Source of the DNA: a virus
Taxonomy: Duplodnaviria > Caudoviricetes
Virus record (IMG/VR): IMGVR_UViG_3300017708_000345
Span: 1 to 59,494 of that record
Strand: one strand, 5' to 3'
Length of the DNA stretch: 59,494 nucleotides
Shown here: piece after piece, positions 26,789 through 36,800 of the stretch
How the letters are laid out: each line of letters opens with the position of its first letter
Numbering within the stretch: position 1 is the stretch's first letter
Notes under the pieces: generated by a model
The model's input: the letters and a program-made list of their open reading frames with translations, nothing else
Database searches by the model: none
Told to the model about the DNA's origin: nothing
Made by a program: the position numbers and the translations under genes

Positions 26789-26796
26789 TAAATAGT
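26789..26796 (-). promoter_or_regulatory. ACTATTTA motif upstream of the 307-aa structural gene
   Basis: 28 nt before ATG 26761; intergenic TACTATTTATTATAGTA. Confidence 0.65.
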
Positions 26797-26815
26797 ATAC
26801 TAAAACAGTTTATCT

Positions 26816-29098
26816 CTATTCAATTTCGCTTCTAACTCTATTTGTGTTGAAATCTACATTTATATCTACCTTTTTACCAGTAGATCTAGATGTGAGTCTA
26901 ATTTTAAATTTCTTACCTTCTTTTACTCCATATCCTGATGTCGCTGCGAAAAGCGGTTCATCTTCAAGACCTAAAGCAATATTGGTTTTTCCCGCTGCTG
27001 AGTTAGAAGGGTCCAAGTTCGAAGCGTCAGTATTTAAAAACGCTTGAGATATTCTTGGCACAATTTGAATTAGCTTGCGGGCTGACTTTGTTGATGTTTT
27101 AGGGTCTATTGGAGTAAAGTCGTACTTTCTAATAATTGGGTAGCCTGCGCCACCATCATTATATAGTTCAATTTCATAAACTTCACTTGGATTCGATAAC
27201 AACCCGTGAACATCTACTGATCTAAACATATAATAATACTTTTTGTTCGTTACCTGTTTTATAACGATATTAGCAGAACCTGCATCTTTTTCACTTCCAA
27301 GGCCGTCGCCAACTGTAGACACTGATGTTAGCAAGTTTCTCTCAAAGTCTTGATAGCTAACTGGCCTCTCTGCCATTCTATAAATATTGTAAGCTCTATT
27401 ATAATCGTCGGTTTGGAAGGTAATGAGGCCGTCATTCCTTCTTTGATTTATAGCTATTTGTTGAGCGTCTTCTGCTTCCTGTAAGTTTAATGATACAGGC
27501 TCTAAATCTTCAGTACCAAGGTTTGTATTCATATGGAATAATATAAGATCAGTCTTGCCTCTGAAAGGTATAAAGTTTAGCTCGGGACTTAAAGGTGGAT
27601 CTGATAGGATCCTACCTGAGACTTGGAAATAAGGAAGCTCAACCAGCTTGACATATGGTTTAGTTTCCACTTCTATCTCAACAACGTTTTGACGAAGGTT
27701 TGCTTCTGTGTATGCATACCTATTGGCTAGAACTGCTTGAATAGCTGTAACTGAATAAGTATATGTTTGGTTATACTTGACCTGAGTGTCAATGAAGGAT
27801 ATTTTGTCTCTGTTTAGTTCACTTTCAAGATCTTGCGAGTTCATAAAATAAAAAGTTTGGATGGGAGTGTCGATGCCTTCTCCAAGATATTTCACAACTT
27901 TGTACATCAAGATTTCCGAATAACACACCTCTCCATTGATCATATTCTCAAAAGTCAAGACTCTCCTATTTCTAACTGAGGCTGGTGGGCCTGCTCCCAG
28001 AAAGTTGTCAATGGAGTTTTCCAATATTGAAACGCCATTCTGGAATTTTATAGGATTAGCCTCCTGAGATAGAAGAGCTTCATCACTATCGGGTCCAAAG
28101 AAAGAGTAATCTTCTGGTAAAGGAATTCCTCCAACCCATCCACCTAAATCGTTAGAAATCCAAAATTCAAGGTCAAGAGTGGTGCTATTCACAATTGCGT
28201 TGTCAACTCTTCTTGTTCCGGTCGCATCATAGTAAGTATAAGAATAGTCAAACCCTTGTCCTTGCGATGCTATTGGTGCGCCATATACTGTAGAATCATA
28301 AATCCCAAAATAGTCCCTTATCAGGCAAGCACTTAAATCTGAATTCATCAATGCAGACGAAACCTTGTTACCTCCACGGAACGGCATGTTTATCTGGCAG
28401 TACATTGGAAACAAAAATTTGTTTGCCTCATACTCTCTAACATAATCATTGTTTTTACCAGTAATAATCTGATTGGTTAGCTCGGTTCTGGGCATCAACA
28501 AGGCACGCTCAATGTTGTCTGTCAAAATCTCCGAGGTTGGGGCAGTTAATTTGTTTTCAACAATAGTGCCCTCGAAGTCAACTACAAGAGTATCGTCCAA
28601 TAACTCATACATACTGGGTATTAAGTTATGGTCTGTAACGTCCGCTAGAATTCTTTCATACTCAGTGTCCAAATAGCTGTACTCAAAATCTACTCCCAAT
28701 AAATCGTCTGTTGGGTCGATACCTGTTGACAACGACTCTTCATAAGTCAAGTTTGTAGAATTGGTGGCAACAAAATAATCAAAGCTTTTGCCAATAGAAT
28801 TTTCTCGAACAAACTGTAGAAATTCTTCAGCATTCAAGTCTGCATCAGGTTGTGGCTCTACAGTAATGGTTTGTCGAACAACCTCAGTTAGAGCTAAGCC
28901 TAGCTGAAGTGGGTTCTGGAAAACAGATGTTTGACTGACTGTTCTGGTTGGGGATCCGTAATCTGTTATCACATATTTAACAGTTCGGTTTTGAGTAAAC
29001 TCTATGCCTTCGTCCGTCAAACCCCACTCACCTTGATCTGCTCGCAATGGGTCTCTATTGATGTTACCTAATTGAGTAATTGTAGTCTTCTTGGTCAT
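26816..29098 (-). CDS. Hypothetical 760-aa virion protein with fibronectin-III-like segments
   Basis: FIDTQVKYNQTYTYSVTAI and KYYYMFRSVDVHGLLSNPSEV are FN3-like C-terminal strand patterns; lies in the baseplate block. Confidence 0.55.
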   Translation of the reverse strand: MTKKTTITQLGNINRDPLRADQGEWGLTDEGIEFTQNRTVKYVITDYGSPTRTVSQTSVFQNPLQLGLALTEVVRQTITVEPQPDADLNAEEFLQFVRENSIGKSFDYFVATNSTNLTYEESLSTGIDPTDDLLGVDFEYSYLDTEYERILADVTDHNLIPSMYELLDDTLVVDFEGTIVENKLTAPTSEILTDNIERALLMPRTELTNQIITGKNNDYVREYEANKFLFPMYCQINMPFRGGNKVSSALMNSDLSACLIRDYFGIYDSTVYGAPIASQGQGFDYSYTYYDATGTRRVDNAIVNSTTLDLEFWISNDLGGWVGGIPLPEDYSFFGPDSDEALLSQEANPIKFQNGVSILENSIDNFLGAGPPASVRNRRVLTFENMINGEVCYSEILMYKVVKYLGEGIDTPIQTFYFMNSQDLESELNRDKISFIDTQVKYNQTYTYSVTAIQAVLANRYAYTEANLRQNVVEIEVETKPYVKLVELPYFQVSGRILSDPPLSPELNFIPFRGKTDLILFHMNTNLGTEDLEPVSLNLQEAEDAQQIAINQRRNDGLITFQTDDYNRAYNIYRMAERPVSYQDFERNLLTSVSTVGDGLGSEKDAGSANIVIKQVTNKKYYYMFRSVDVHGLLSNPSEVYEIELYNDGGAGYPIIRKYDFTPIDPKTSTKSARKLIQIVPRISQAFLNTDASNLDPSNSAAGKTNIALGLEDEPLFAATSGYGVKEGKKFKIRLTSRSTGKKVDINVDFNTNRVRSEIE

Positions 29099-32000
29099 TA
29101 GTAGCCTCCACCAGAGGTATTATTTCTAGTTGTCACTGGTGAACTCATAGGCGTAGAGCTGCCGTTAGGAGAGTCACTGCGAGCTGCTGTTGATGTCCGT
29201 GTTGTAGGGCTACTTTGATTTTGTCTAAAGATTCTATTCTGAACGTTTGCGGTATTAGCATTAACTGTTTCAGGGATTTTCTCTCTTGAGCTAAATGTAG
29301 TTCCTACTCTAGTTACCGATCTTGGTTGTTGTACAACTGTTGTACTGGAAAACTCTACCGGGAGTTGGTCTTGATCCACCAAGGATGTAACTGATTCTTG
29401 GAGTAGCCGTCTACCAGTCAGATTTAAGTTCACACTTTGAACCAAAGTCTCGGAAGCCGCCACCTCTCTTTGCTCAGGTTCCACAAAATCACTAGCAGTT
29501 TGGAACACTGCCACAGACCGCTCTTCTGGCTCTATTCTGTCGGATTGTTTTGGAGCAAGCAAAAACACACTATCAAATTCCGGTAGTCTCATCTTTTGGC
29601 TTTTCTTAAACCCAAGAACATTATTGCGATAAGGCACCATTCTGCACATTACAGTAAGATTTTCATTCTGAATTCTTCTGAATATATCCGCTGTCAATTT
29701 TCTGTATATTGGTTTTGAGATTTGAGCCTTGCCCATTTTATTTGTTTCAAACCCAACCATAACTTCAATAGTATTGATGTGGTTATATAAAAAGTAGAAT
29801 AAACCTGTATACTCAGGAGAGTCAATAATGTCTAGCCCCGTATTTTGTTTCTCTTGTGTCCAGTCTTTTCTGGTTTGGCCGTCAGATGAAAGAATCAAAG
29901 ATTTGATTTGGTTGGGCAAATTGCGGAAGAACCTACTTCGCTTATCTTGCCCCTCTTGACGGCTTTCAAAATACTCATCCACAACATTATCTTCGTTTGT
30001 TAGAATCAAATCTTCTATTGCTTTAATTTTCTTTTTCCCCTTCCTAGAGAAAACAGACTGATTAGAATCTATCAAAGAATTAATAACCGAATTGGCGACT
30101 CCTGTCAAGTCTTTTTCTTCTTCAATGCCAACTATTTTTAAATCTTCGGTATAAACAATATCTTCCTTGCTAAGTCGATCTGTAGAAAATTTAACACTAC
30201 TACCCAAAACAGAGTCTGCGTTTCTAAATTTGCGCTTATCTACTTCCAGCCCGTCAGAAGAGTCTTTTAGCACCATTTTTGTTTTATAGCTGTTAGCAGA
30301 AGAGATAGTAACATTTAAAGAATCCAAAATTACAAGATTGCTTAAATTTTCTTCATATATCTCACGAGAGACTTTGGTTTTGGAGTCTTTATACCCTGAT
30401 CCCAAAAAGAAGACTGGGCTCAGATCATATTCTGGCTCAGTAGGATCTGTTCTAGACCCTAGTCTGCTAGTAGTAGAACCAATATTAGGCTTAACCCGAA
30501 GGATCTCTGAGAGCATCAAGTTATACTGCTTTCTTGCAAATAATCCAGCATTCCTATTGATAGTTCTTAGTGTGTTCTTATCTCCCATCTCAATCACTGC
30601 TGGCGTTAAGTAGGAATAAAAAGCTGATCCAAGATCAAGTTCCTCTGAAGAAACAGCCCCTGTGTCTGTTGCATTCTCTTGCTCTTCCAATCTGGCGTCA
30701 TAAGGAACAGAGAAATATTTTTGGTTTTCAGAATTTAGGCGGTCTTCTAGCTGTTCTGTAGTGAGTCGTCGTGGACCAACAGAGCGACGAGAGGCGCCAC
30801 CCAAGAAATCGTACCCAACATTGTTTTGTATATTGCTGTCGTGGATAGTCTTGAATGCCTTAACCAGTTTAAATGTGTTGTTCGGCAGCTTACCTTTAAA
30901 TGCTGAAGTTCTTTCTTGATAATCTACACTACCCATTCGAGCATCTAAATTACCCAACTTTAACGTAATTTCAGATTCCAAATTACGAATTAGATTTATT
31001 ATTACTTGGATACTCTGAAGAGTCGCTGTCTCGGGATTACACAAGTTGTTGAGAACTTTCATAGCCCTGCTTAACTTTCTGTACCTTATTGCTGAGGTGT
31101 TGCCTAGAACGTCTAGAAACCTTGATGTGGCATTGAGCCAAGGCGAAGAAGCTACGCTTTGACCTAGTAACTCAGCATTCTGTTGAGTAGTGTTATTAGT
31201 AATCTCTTCTTCAGTTGGCACACGATACTGCTGTTGTTTTAGAGCGATGAACTCTGGGCTTAGTTTTCCTGTTTGTGGAATGAAGTTACCCTCTCTTGAT
31301 GATTCATTTAGGTACTCTTGCATCAACCTCTCTGCGTTTGCCAATTGATCAAGTTGATCTTTAACAAACTGGACAGTACCATCTTCAATCTCTAGCTCTA
31401 CCTTGTATCGGTAAAGTCCATCAGTTTCCCTAGCCATATCGTAATCTGTAACACCAAAAGACCTAATACCATTCCCTGCAACTGGGGTTAGATAAACTTC
31501 TCTTATCGCACCGACTCGAACTTTTTGCGACTTCTCTTCCCCTGTCTGAATACTTCTTTTTGTCACTGACCTTTGTAGGAAGCCAGCGTCTCTCTCAGAA
31601 GAATTGGCAATAAGCTCAGTTCTATTTTCATAATCGACTGGTTTTACTTTGCCTCTTCGCAAGCCTCGAACTACCCTCTCTCTATAAACAGAGAAGTTCT
31701 TGATTATGCATCTTTGTAGAATATCAGCTTTAGCTTTCTTGTCTGCTGTTTTCAGCAAAGCACCGTACTGGGTGTTTTCACGAATAATCTTTTCGTGATC
31801 AACGTGAAAAACAAACTTAATTACATTTTGTGCATCTGATGAATAAATGGGTTCTGTGATGTAGGCTTCGCTCTTAATCACTCTAATATCTTGCGAAGTC
31901 TTGATAGAACCGGCTGGGGTTCTTCTTGGACGCACAGGATGTAGCATCAATTCTGGCTCTGCTAGGTCATCAAGTATTCTATAATCTTCAATCAAGAAGT

Positions 32001-32832
32001 TGCTGACCTTGCTTGCCGTAAGCGTAGAGTGCCGATCTTGAGTGTGAAATGCACCTGCCATAGTCTGGCCTTCGGGACCGATGTGGATTGGGCCTGCCCA
32101 CACCTTGCCATTTGGCAATTTATACACAAAAGCATTATTTACCACACTACTATCGACTAAGATACGCTGTGCGGTTGAGTTACCTTGAATATATCTTCTT
32201 CTATTTGATCTTGAAATTACGTTTTTATCTCTTAAAACTTCATTCAAGTCTTGAAAAACGTGAGCAAATACAGCTATATTCTTAGGATTTGCATTAGGAA
32301 GGTAGAAAGAGGTTGAATAAGTTACGTCATATGTTTCTTGGCCATCTACTGTGACCGCAGTTTCACTCTTTAGGGAAGAATCACGAACCTTTTGAAGATT
32401 GATTATATTTTCTTCAAACTTGCCTTGTAGTCTAGCCCTCTTAAGGTAATCTGGACTAAACTCTCCGTTTATAAGATCTTCTGTGATAGCCTTTCTTTTC
32501 GATAGAACGACTCTAAGATTTAGATATTTAAGAATTTCGTCTCGTTCAAACCAAAATGATTTACCGCTCTGGCTGTAACGATCCTTAAGAACAAGGTCTA
32601 CAGTTACTATTAAGCCGTTAGAACCTCTAGGGATATTCTCAAAGTCCACCGAAGAAGGATTGGGCTGACTTTTGCCGAACTGATTCTTCTCCAATTGATC
32701 TAGCGCAGATGGGTCGTACTCGACACCGCGACGTGAACCAGCCAAAACAGAAGGAGCGAGCGTAACCTTCTTAACATACACGTTTGGTAAAACGGTATCA
32801 AAAATACTAGAAATGTCTACTTCAGTTGCCAT
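29098..32832 (-). CDS. Hypothetical 1244-aa baseplate-region protein
   Basis: Long ORF, TAATG-coupled to the next gene; His motif WAGPIH...MAGAFH...H; low-complexity tail ending GGGY. Confidence 0.6.
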   Translation of the reverse strand: MATEVDISSIFDTVLPNVYVKKVTLAPSVLAGSRRGVEYDPSALDQLEKNQFGKSQPNPSSVDFENIPRGSNGLIVTVDLVLKDRYSQSGKSFWFERDEILKYLNLRVVLSKRKAITEDLINGEFSPDYLKRARLQGKFEENIINLQKVRDSSLKSETAVTVDGQETYDVTYSTSFYLPNANPKNIAVFAHVFQDLNEVLRDKNVISRSNRRRYIQGNSTAQRILVDSSVVNNAFVYKLPNGKVWAGPIHIGPEGQTMAGAFHTQDRHSTLTASKVSNFLIEDYRILDDLAEPELMLHPVRPRRTPAGSIKTSQDIRVIKSEAYITEPIYSSDAQNVIKFVFHVDHEKIIRENTQYGALLKTADKKAKADILQRCIIKNFSVYRERVVRGLRRGKVKPVDYENRTELIANSSERDAGFLQRSVTKRSIQTGEEKSQKVRVGAIREVYLTPVAGNGIRSFGVTDYDMARETDGLYRYKVELEIEDGTVQFVKDQLDQLANAERLMQEYLNESSREGNFIPQTGKLSPEFIALKQQQYRVPTEEEITNNTTQQNAELLGQSVASSPWLNATSRFLDVLGNTSAIRYRKLSRAMKVLNNLCNPETATLQSIQVIINLIRNLESEITLKLGNLDARMGSVDYQERTSAFKGKLPNNTFKLVKAFKTIHDSNIQNNVGYDFLGGASRRSVGPRRLTTEQLEDRLNSENQKYFSVPYDARLEEQENATDTGAVSSEELDLGSAFYSYLTPAVIEMGDKNTLRTINRNAGLFARKQYNLMLSEILRVKPNIGSTTSRLGSRTDPTEPEYDLSPVFFLGSGYKDSKTKVSREIYEENLSNLVILDSLNVTISSANSYKTKMVLKDSSDGLEVDKRKFRNADSVLGSSVKFSTDRLSKEDIVYTEDLKIVGIEEEKDLTGVANSVINSLIDSNQSVFSRKGKKKIKAIEDLILTNEDNVVDEYFESRQEGQDKRSRFFRNLPNQIKSLILSSDGQTRKDWTQEKQNTGLDIIDSPEYTGLFYFLYNHINTIEVMVGFETNKMGKAQISKPIYRKLTADIFRRIQNENLTVMCRMVPYRNNVLGFKKSQKMRLPEFDSVFLLAPKQSDRIEPEERSVAVFQTASDFVEPEQREVAASETLVQSVNLNLTGRRLLQESVTSLVDQDQLPVEFSSTTVVQQPRSVTRVGTTFSSREKIPETVNANTANVQNRIFRQNQSSPTTRTSTAARSDSPNGSSTPMSSPVTTRNNTSGGGY

Positions 32833-32850
32833 TCTTTGGGGCCTCTAAGA

Positions 32851-32858
32851 TAAATAGT
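32851..32858 (-). promoter_or_regulatory. ACTATTTA motif upstream of the 1244-aa gene
   Basis: 19 nt before ATG 32832; intergenic. Confidence 0.65.
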
Positions 32859-32865
32859 TTCATAT

Positions 32866-33888
32866 TTAATTATCCAAGCACTCATCGTCTTCTGCATCAG
32901 AGAAGTAAATGTTAGATCGGATTGGATCAACAATATCTGGGCATTCAATCGGGGAATCTATCAGAATGTCTTTTGCCTTCAGTTTCGAGATGGCTCGGCA
33001 AATCATATTCTCATCAATTTCTTCATCTACGTTAACATCAAAATAATACTGAACACACGTTGGGTCTAGCTCCGGGGCCTGCCCATTGACACGCCCTGCC
33101 ATCTCTTCTGCTTCTTCACGATCTATCAATAGATTATTTTTAACCATTTCGACTGGCTTAATGAAAGATAGCTGTTTTAACACTTGCTCATTTAGTGGGC
33201 CAATCTCATCTGTTATTTCAAAAACCTCAATATCAAAGTTCTTATAATCAAAAGGAGCATTGTTTTCATCAACTATTAACAATAGTTGTTCAGGCCCCAC
33301 TGCGATCTCTAAGCCATCCGCATAGATTGTTCCATTTGTTAGTTCTGGATCCACCTCGAAAGAAACCTTTGGGTTATTTGGATCAAAAGCAGTTATTTTG
33401 AATTCAACATCTGTTTTAATCTGCGGTATTTTTATGAGTTGATGGGAGCGTGACTTAATCTTTCCTGCTGGAGCAGTCCCCGATAGATTATTTTCCAAGT
33501 CGTTAATTTCACCTTCTAAAAATTGAATATTAAAAGCGGGTGTTTTTGATGAATCAAGAGTTGTTGTACCTAGGGGGTAGTTAAAAACATTCAACTTCTC
33601 ATAAGCTCCAATTAGCTCTTTCTCCGAAGCGTCATTAACATCATCAAATAAATATTCGTCTCTTCCCGTAAAGCCAACCTGTGTATGTAGTAGAGGAGTT
33701 TCTTCTTGGATTCTTGGTTCTGCTGAATTTTTTGCCTCTGCTACGCCACCGTAATTGGCATCATAAAGAATGTTTTCATCAAAGAAGGCGTAATAAGTGG
33801 GCTTCCACTCCCCTTTTGACAACAAATGGCGACCATACTGGGTTAGTTGAATATCTAAGATCTCTTCTTTTGGATCAAAAAACTTCAT
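32866..33888 (-). CDS. Virion structural protein, N-terminus paralogous to 25838..26761
   Basis: MKFFDPKEEILDIQLTQYGRHLLSKG...YYAFFDENILYD aligns by eye with MAFLDNSGDIILDAVLTDTGRMRLARG...FALGDDEINY. Confidence 0.6.
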   Translation of the reverse strand: MKFFDPKEEILDIQLTQYGRHLLSKGEWKPTYYAFFDENILYDANYGGVAEAKNSAEPRIQEETPLLHTQVGFTGRDEYLFDDVNDASEKELIGAYEKLNVFNYPLGTTTLDSSKTPAFNIQFLEGEINDLENNLSGTAPAGKIKSRSHQLIKIPQIKTDVEFKITAFDPNNPKVSFEVDPELTNGTIYADGLEIAVGPEQLLLIVDENNAPFDYKNFDIEVFEITDEIGPLNEQVLKQLSFIKPVEMVKNNLLIDREEAEEMAGRVNGQAPELDPTCVQYYFDVNVDEEIDENMICRAISKLKAKDILIDSPIECPDIVDPIRSNIYFSDAEDDECLDN

Positions 33889-36800
33889 CTATCTTCTCCA
33901 CTGTTAAGGGTAGGGAATGGATTAGTCAGGTTAGTGTCTACACCATCAGTATTTAATTGAGTATTATTTCCGGTTCTGCTAACTTCATTAGGGTCTATAT
34001 CAAGAGTCTGCCCAGATGCAGGGGTGCTAGGAACCTGTCCTGATGGAGTTCGTACATCAGCGTCTGGGTTCAATCTTTTTGACTCAATCGTCTCTGCTGG
34101 AACGACAGGTATAGATGCTGGTTCTTGCTTGAGGATTGTTGATCCTATTGTTACATCTGACTGAACCTGAGCCAACTCAACCAATGAGAAGTTATCATAA
34201 GGCCAGTTAAATGTGTAGAAAGGTGTTTCCTCAACGTCTCGCTGACCAATGGCTTTGAAGTAATCTCTCTTGGCTCTCTTCTTAACCTTGAACACCATCC
34301 ACTTAAGCTTCTCAGGTAATTCAATGTGGTGAGGCAACAATCCTTGGGTTATGGCGTCAATAGCTTCAGTTGTGTCTCCCAACAACTCGTTAACGAGCAG
34401 TGGATGCTCCACCGTTGCCAAGGCTGCTTCTGCCTGAACACCAATCTTCGGATTCAAGTTTTGCCAAATGTGTGAGAGATCGTCAGAATCAAGATCATGG
34501 AAGAACTCAAAGATATACATGGCAACTGGGTCAACACTTGGATTTGCAACAAAGTCCATCGCAGGTGGGAAAATATATTTACCCATAAGCTCTACTTGCC
34601 TTTTAACGCTTGGCCCTGCTACTGAGTTGAATAGTGCTGATCTTGGATCTAGTATATTGAAGAACTTTCTCTCGCCTTCTTCTTCGACGAAAGGAACGGC
34701 TACAATTGCTTCACTAATTCTCTTCTTGTTTCTCATTCTACCAACCTTAACAGGCTCTGTATCGAATCCGCAGATGTCTACAAGAGAAAGGGGCTTAGGC
34801 GTAGTATGTGTACTTCCGTCGTCTGTGCCAAGAAGGTCTTTGCCTGCTCCGTCAATTGGGATTCTATATCCTTGCAGAGAAGATCTAATGTTTTCCACCT
34901 CAGCACTTGTAAAGTCCGTGGCGGACCCTGTAGAGATTCTATTGCGGAAGTCGAACAAGCCAGATGGATCGTTAACAATGGAGCTTGATGGATGGTTTTC
35001 AAGCCAGTTAGATGGAATATCTGTTACTTGAATGTAAACACCTTCGTCATCCAGAGGCAATCTTCCGAACTGGTGCCACATGCCACGAGGAATAACAGAG
35101 TTGGCTCCTCCATTTGATATAGTCTCACTAGAAGCAACTTGAGTAATATCAGAATCAGTAAGGTAGTTGAAGTTCAGCATTGGAGTCTCGAACTTAGTTT
35201 GGATCTTCCATCTTCTACCTTGCTTCTCAAAAAGGTTTAAACTTGCATCGGCTTGCATCGCCCAAGCATTTGCCCATGGGCCAGCCATTGGACCATACTC
35301 AGAGGCTGTTTGGAAGTAACTACTTCCAGCATACGGGGAAAGGGCTTCTTGGTCAAAGCGCCATTTTCTAATGTAGGTTCCTTGAAGTCCAATTCTGGCA
35401 TCGTTGGAGCCCTCGTTCCCAAACACACTGTTTGGTCCGCCACCCGGATTATCACGGTCGCCCGTCTGGTCATCTGTTCCAATTCTTGCAATTGTGTGCA
35501 GATCGTTAAGCGTAGGAACGAATTCACCAGAAGCATTGAGAGCAGTTGTAGAAATGCTTGCACTTGGATAGAAAACAATATCAATCCAAGCTTCGCCGTC
35601 GTAATACGGTGGCGTGTGTGAGGCATAGACTGCGTTAACAGGCGAGAACTCACTGGAACCAGTGTTGTAGTACCCATCTAGACCGTCTGTTGCAGACCCA
35701 GAATGCACTGCTACGGGAGGACCAAAAGCAGAAGGTCGGCTGTACATGGTGAAGTTAGTATTCACTGTTCCTGATAAATTCTGAGGTATTGAATACTCGC
35801 CCCACGAACCTGTTGGCGGCTTGGCACCTGTTGTACTCCGGTACATTTTAATTCTCATACCATAAGGCTGGCCCGGAATCATTGGCTTCCACTGACCTGA
35901 GGGCTTAGAAACAAGCTTGGTGCATTCGCCCTTTCTCAAGAAGAAGTCAATTGATTCTGCCAAGAAGTTATGCATCATATTGTTGTATTTTCTGTTAACC
36001 AACTGCCCATCCCAAGAAGCAGTGGCAGAAAGTATTCCAAACTTAGAGGGCTCGTCATTAACTATATTTACACCTGCAAGGTATCTTTCTGGTTCTACAA
36101 GGGCTTCAAATGGAACACGATAGTCCCAACCATCAGCGTGCGATACTCCACTAGCTTCTGGGCGAATGACTCCGGCCCCAAGGCCAGTTTTAGATTGTTT
36201 TGTTGAGTTTGAATAAATTGCGAATGAAGCTGTTGTTGCATATCTCTCAGTAGCATTACTTTCCAAACCATACAAAGGAGCCACATCGTATGCCCCAGTC
36301 ATAATCGGATAGTCTACAGCAAGCCCTGACTTGATTGTGTTGAAAAGAATGCCGGGGGAGAAAAATGGCTTGTTAAAGATGTTTTGCTTGGCCTTCTCTG
36401 CATTTGCATTATCTAATGTGAAGTTCAAGTATTGTCCAACAGAGCCTGAGAATCTTTGAGCTAACAACCTAGTTCGCTCGGCAGGGTAAAATCCGTTGTA
36501 TGGAACAAACTTCTTAACAGCTTTGCACTTAAGCTTGATTGAGTTAGGGGCTGCGAAGTCTTCGTGGTCGTCACGAATAACTTCAAAATATTTCATGAAA
36601 TCTGAATTTGTAAAGACAGTGAAGAAACTATCGTCTTTACTGTTACCGGGAACAGAGGTTCCATCTTGGGCCAAAGAAACATTTCCAGTCGGTGTGCCGA
36701 CAATTCTTAGCATTCTTTCGTTTTCAACTAAGAAGTCATTATCTCTCATATCGTAAAAATCGAGATGATCAGAGATTCTAAATTCAGGAAGAACTGAATA

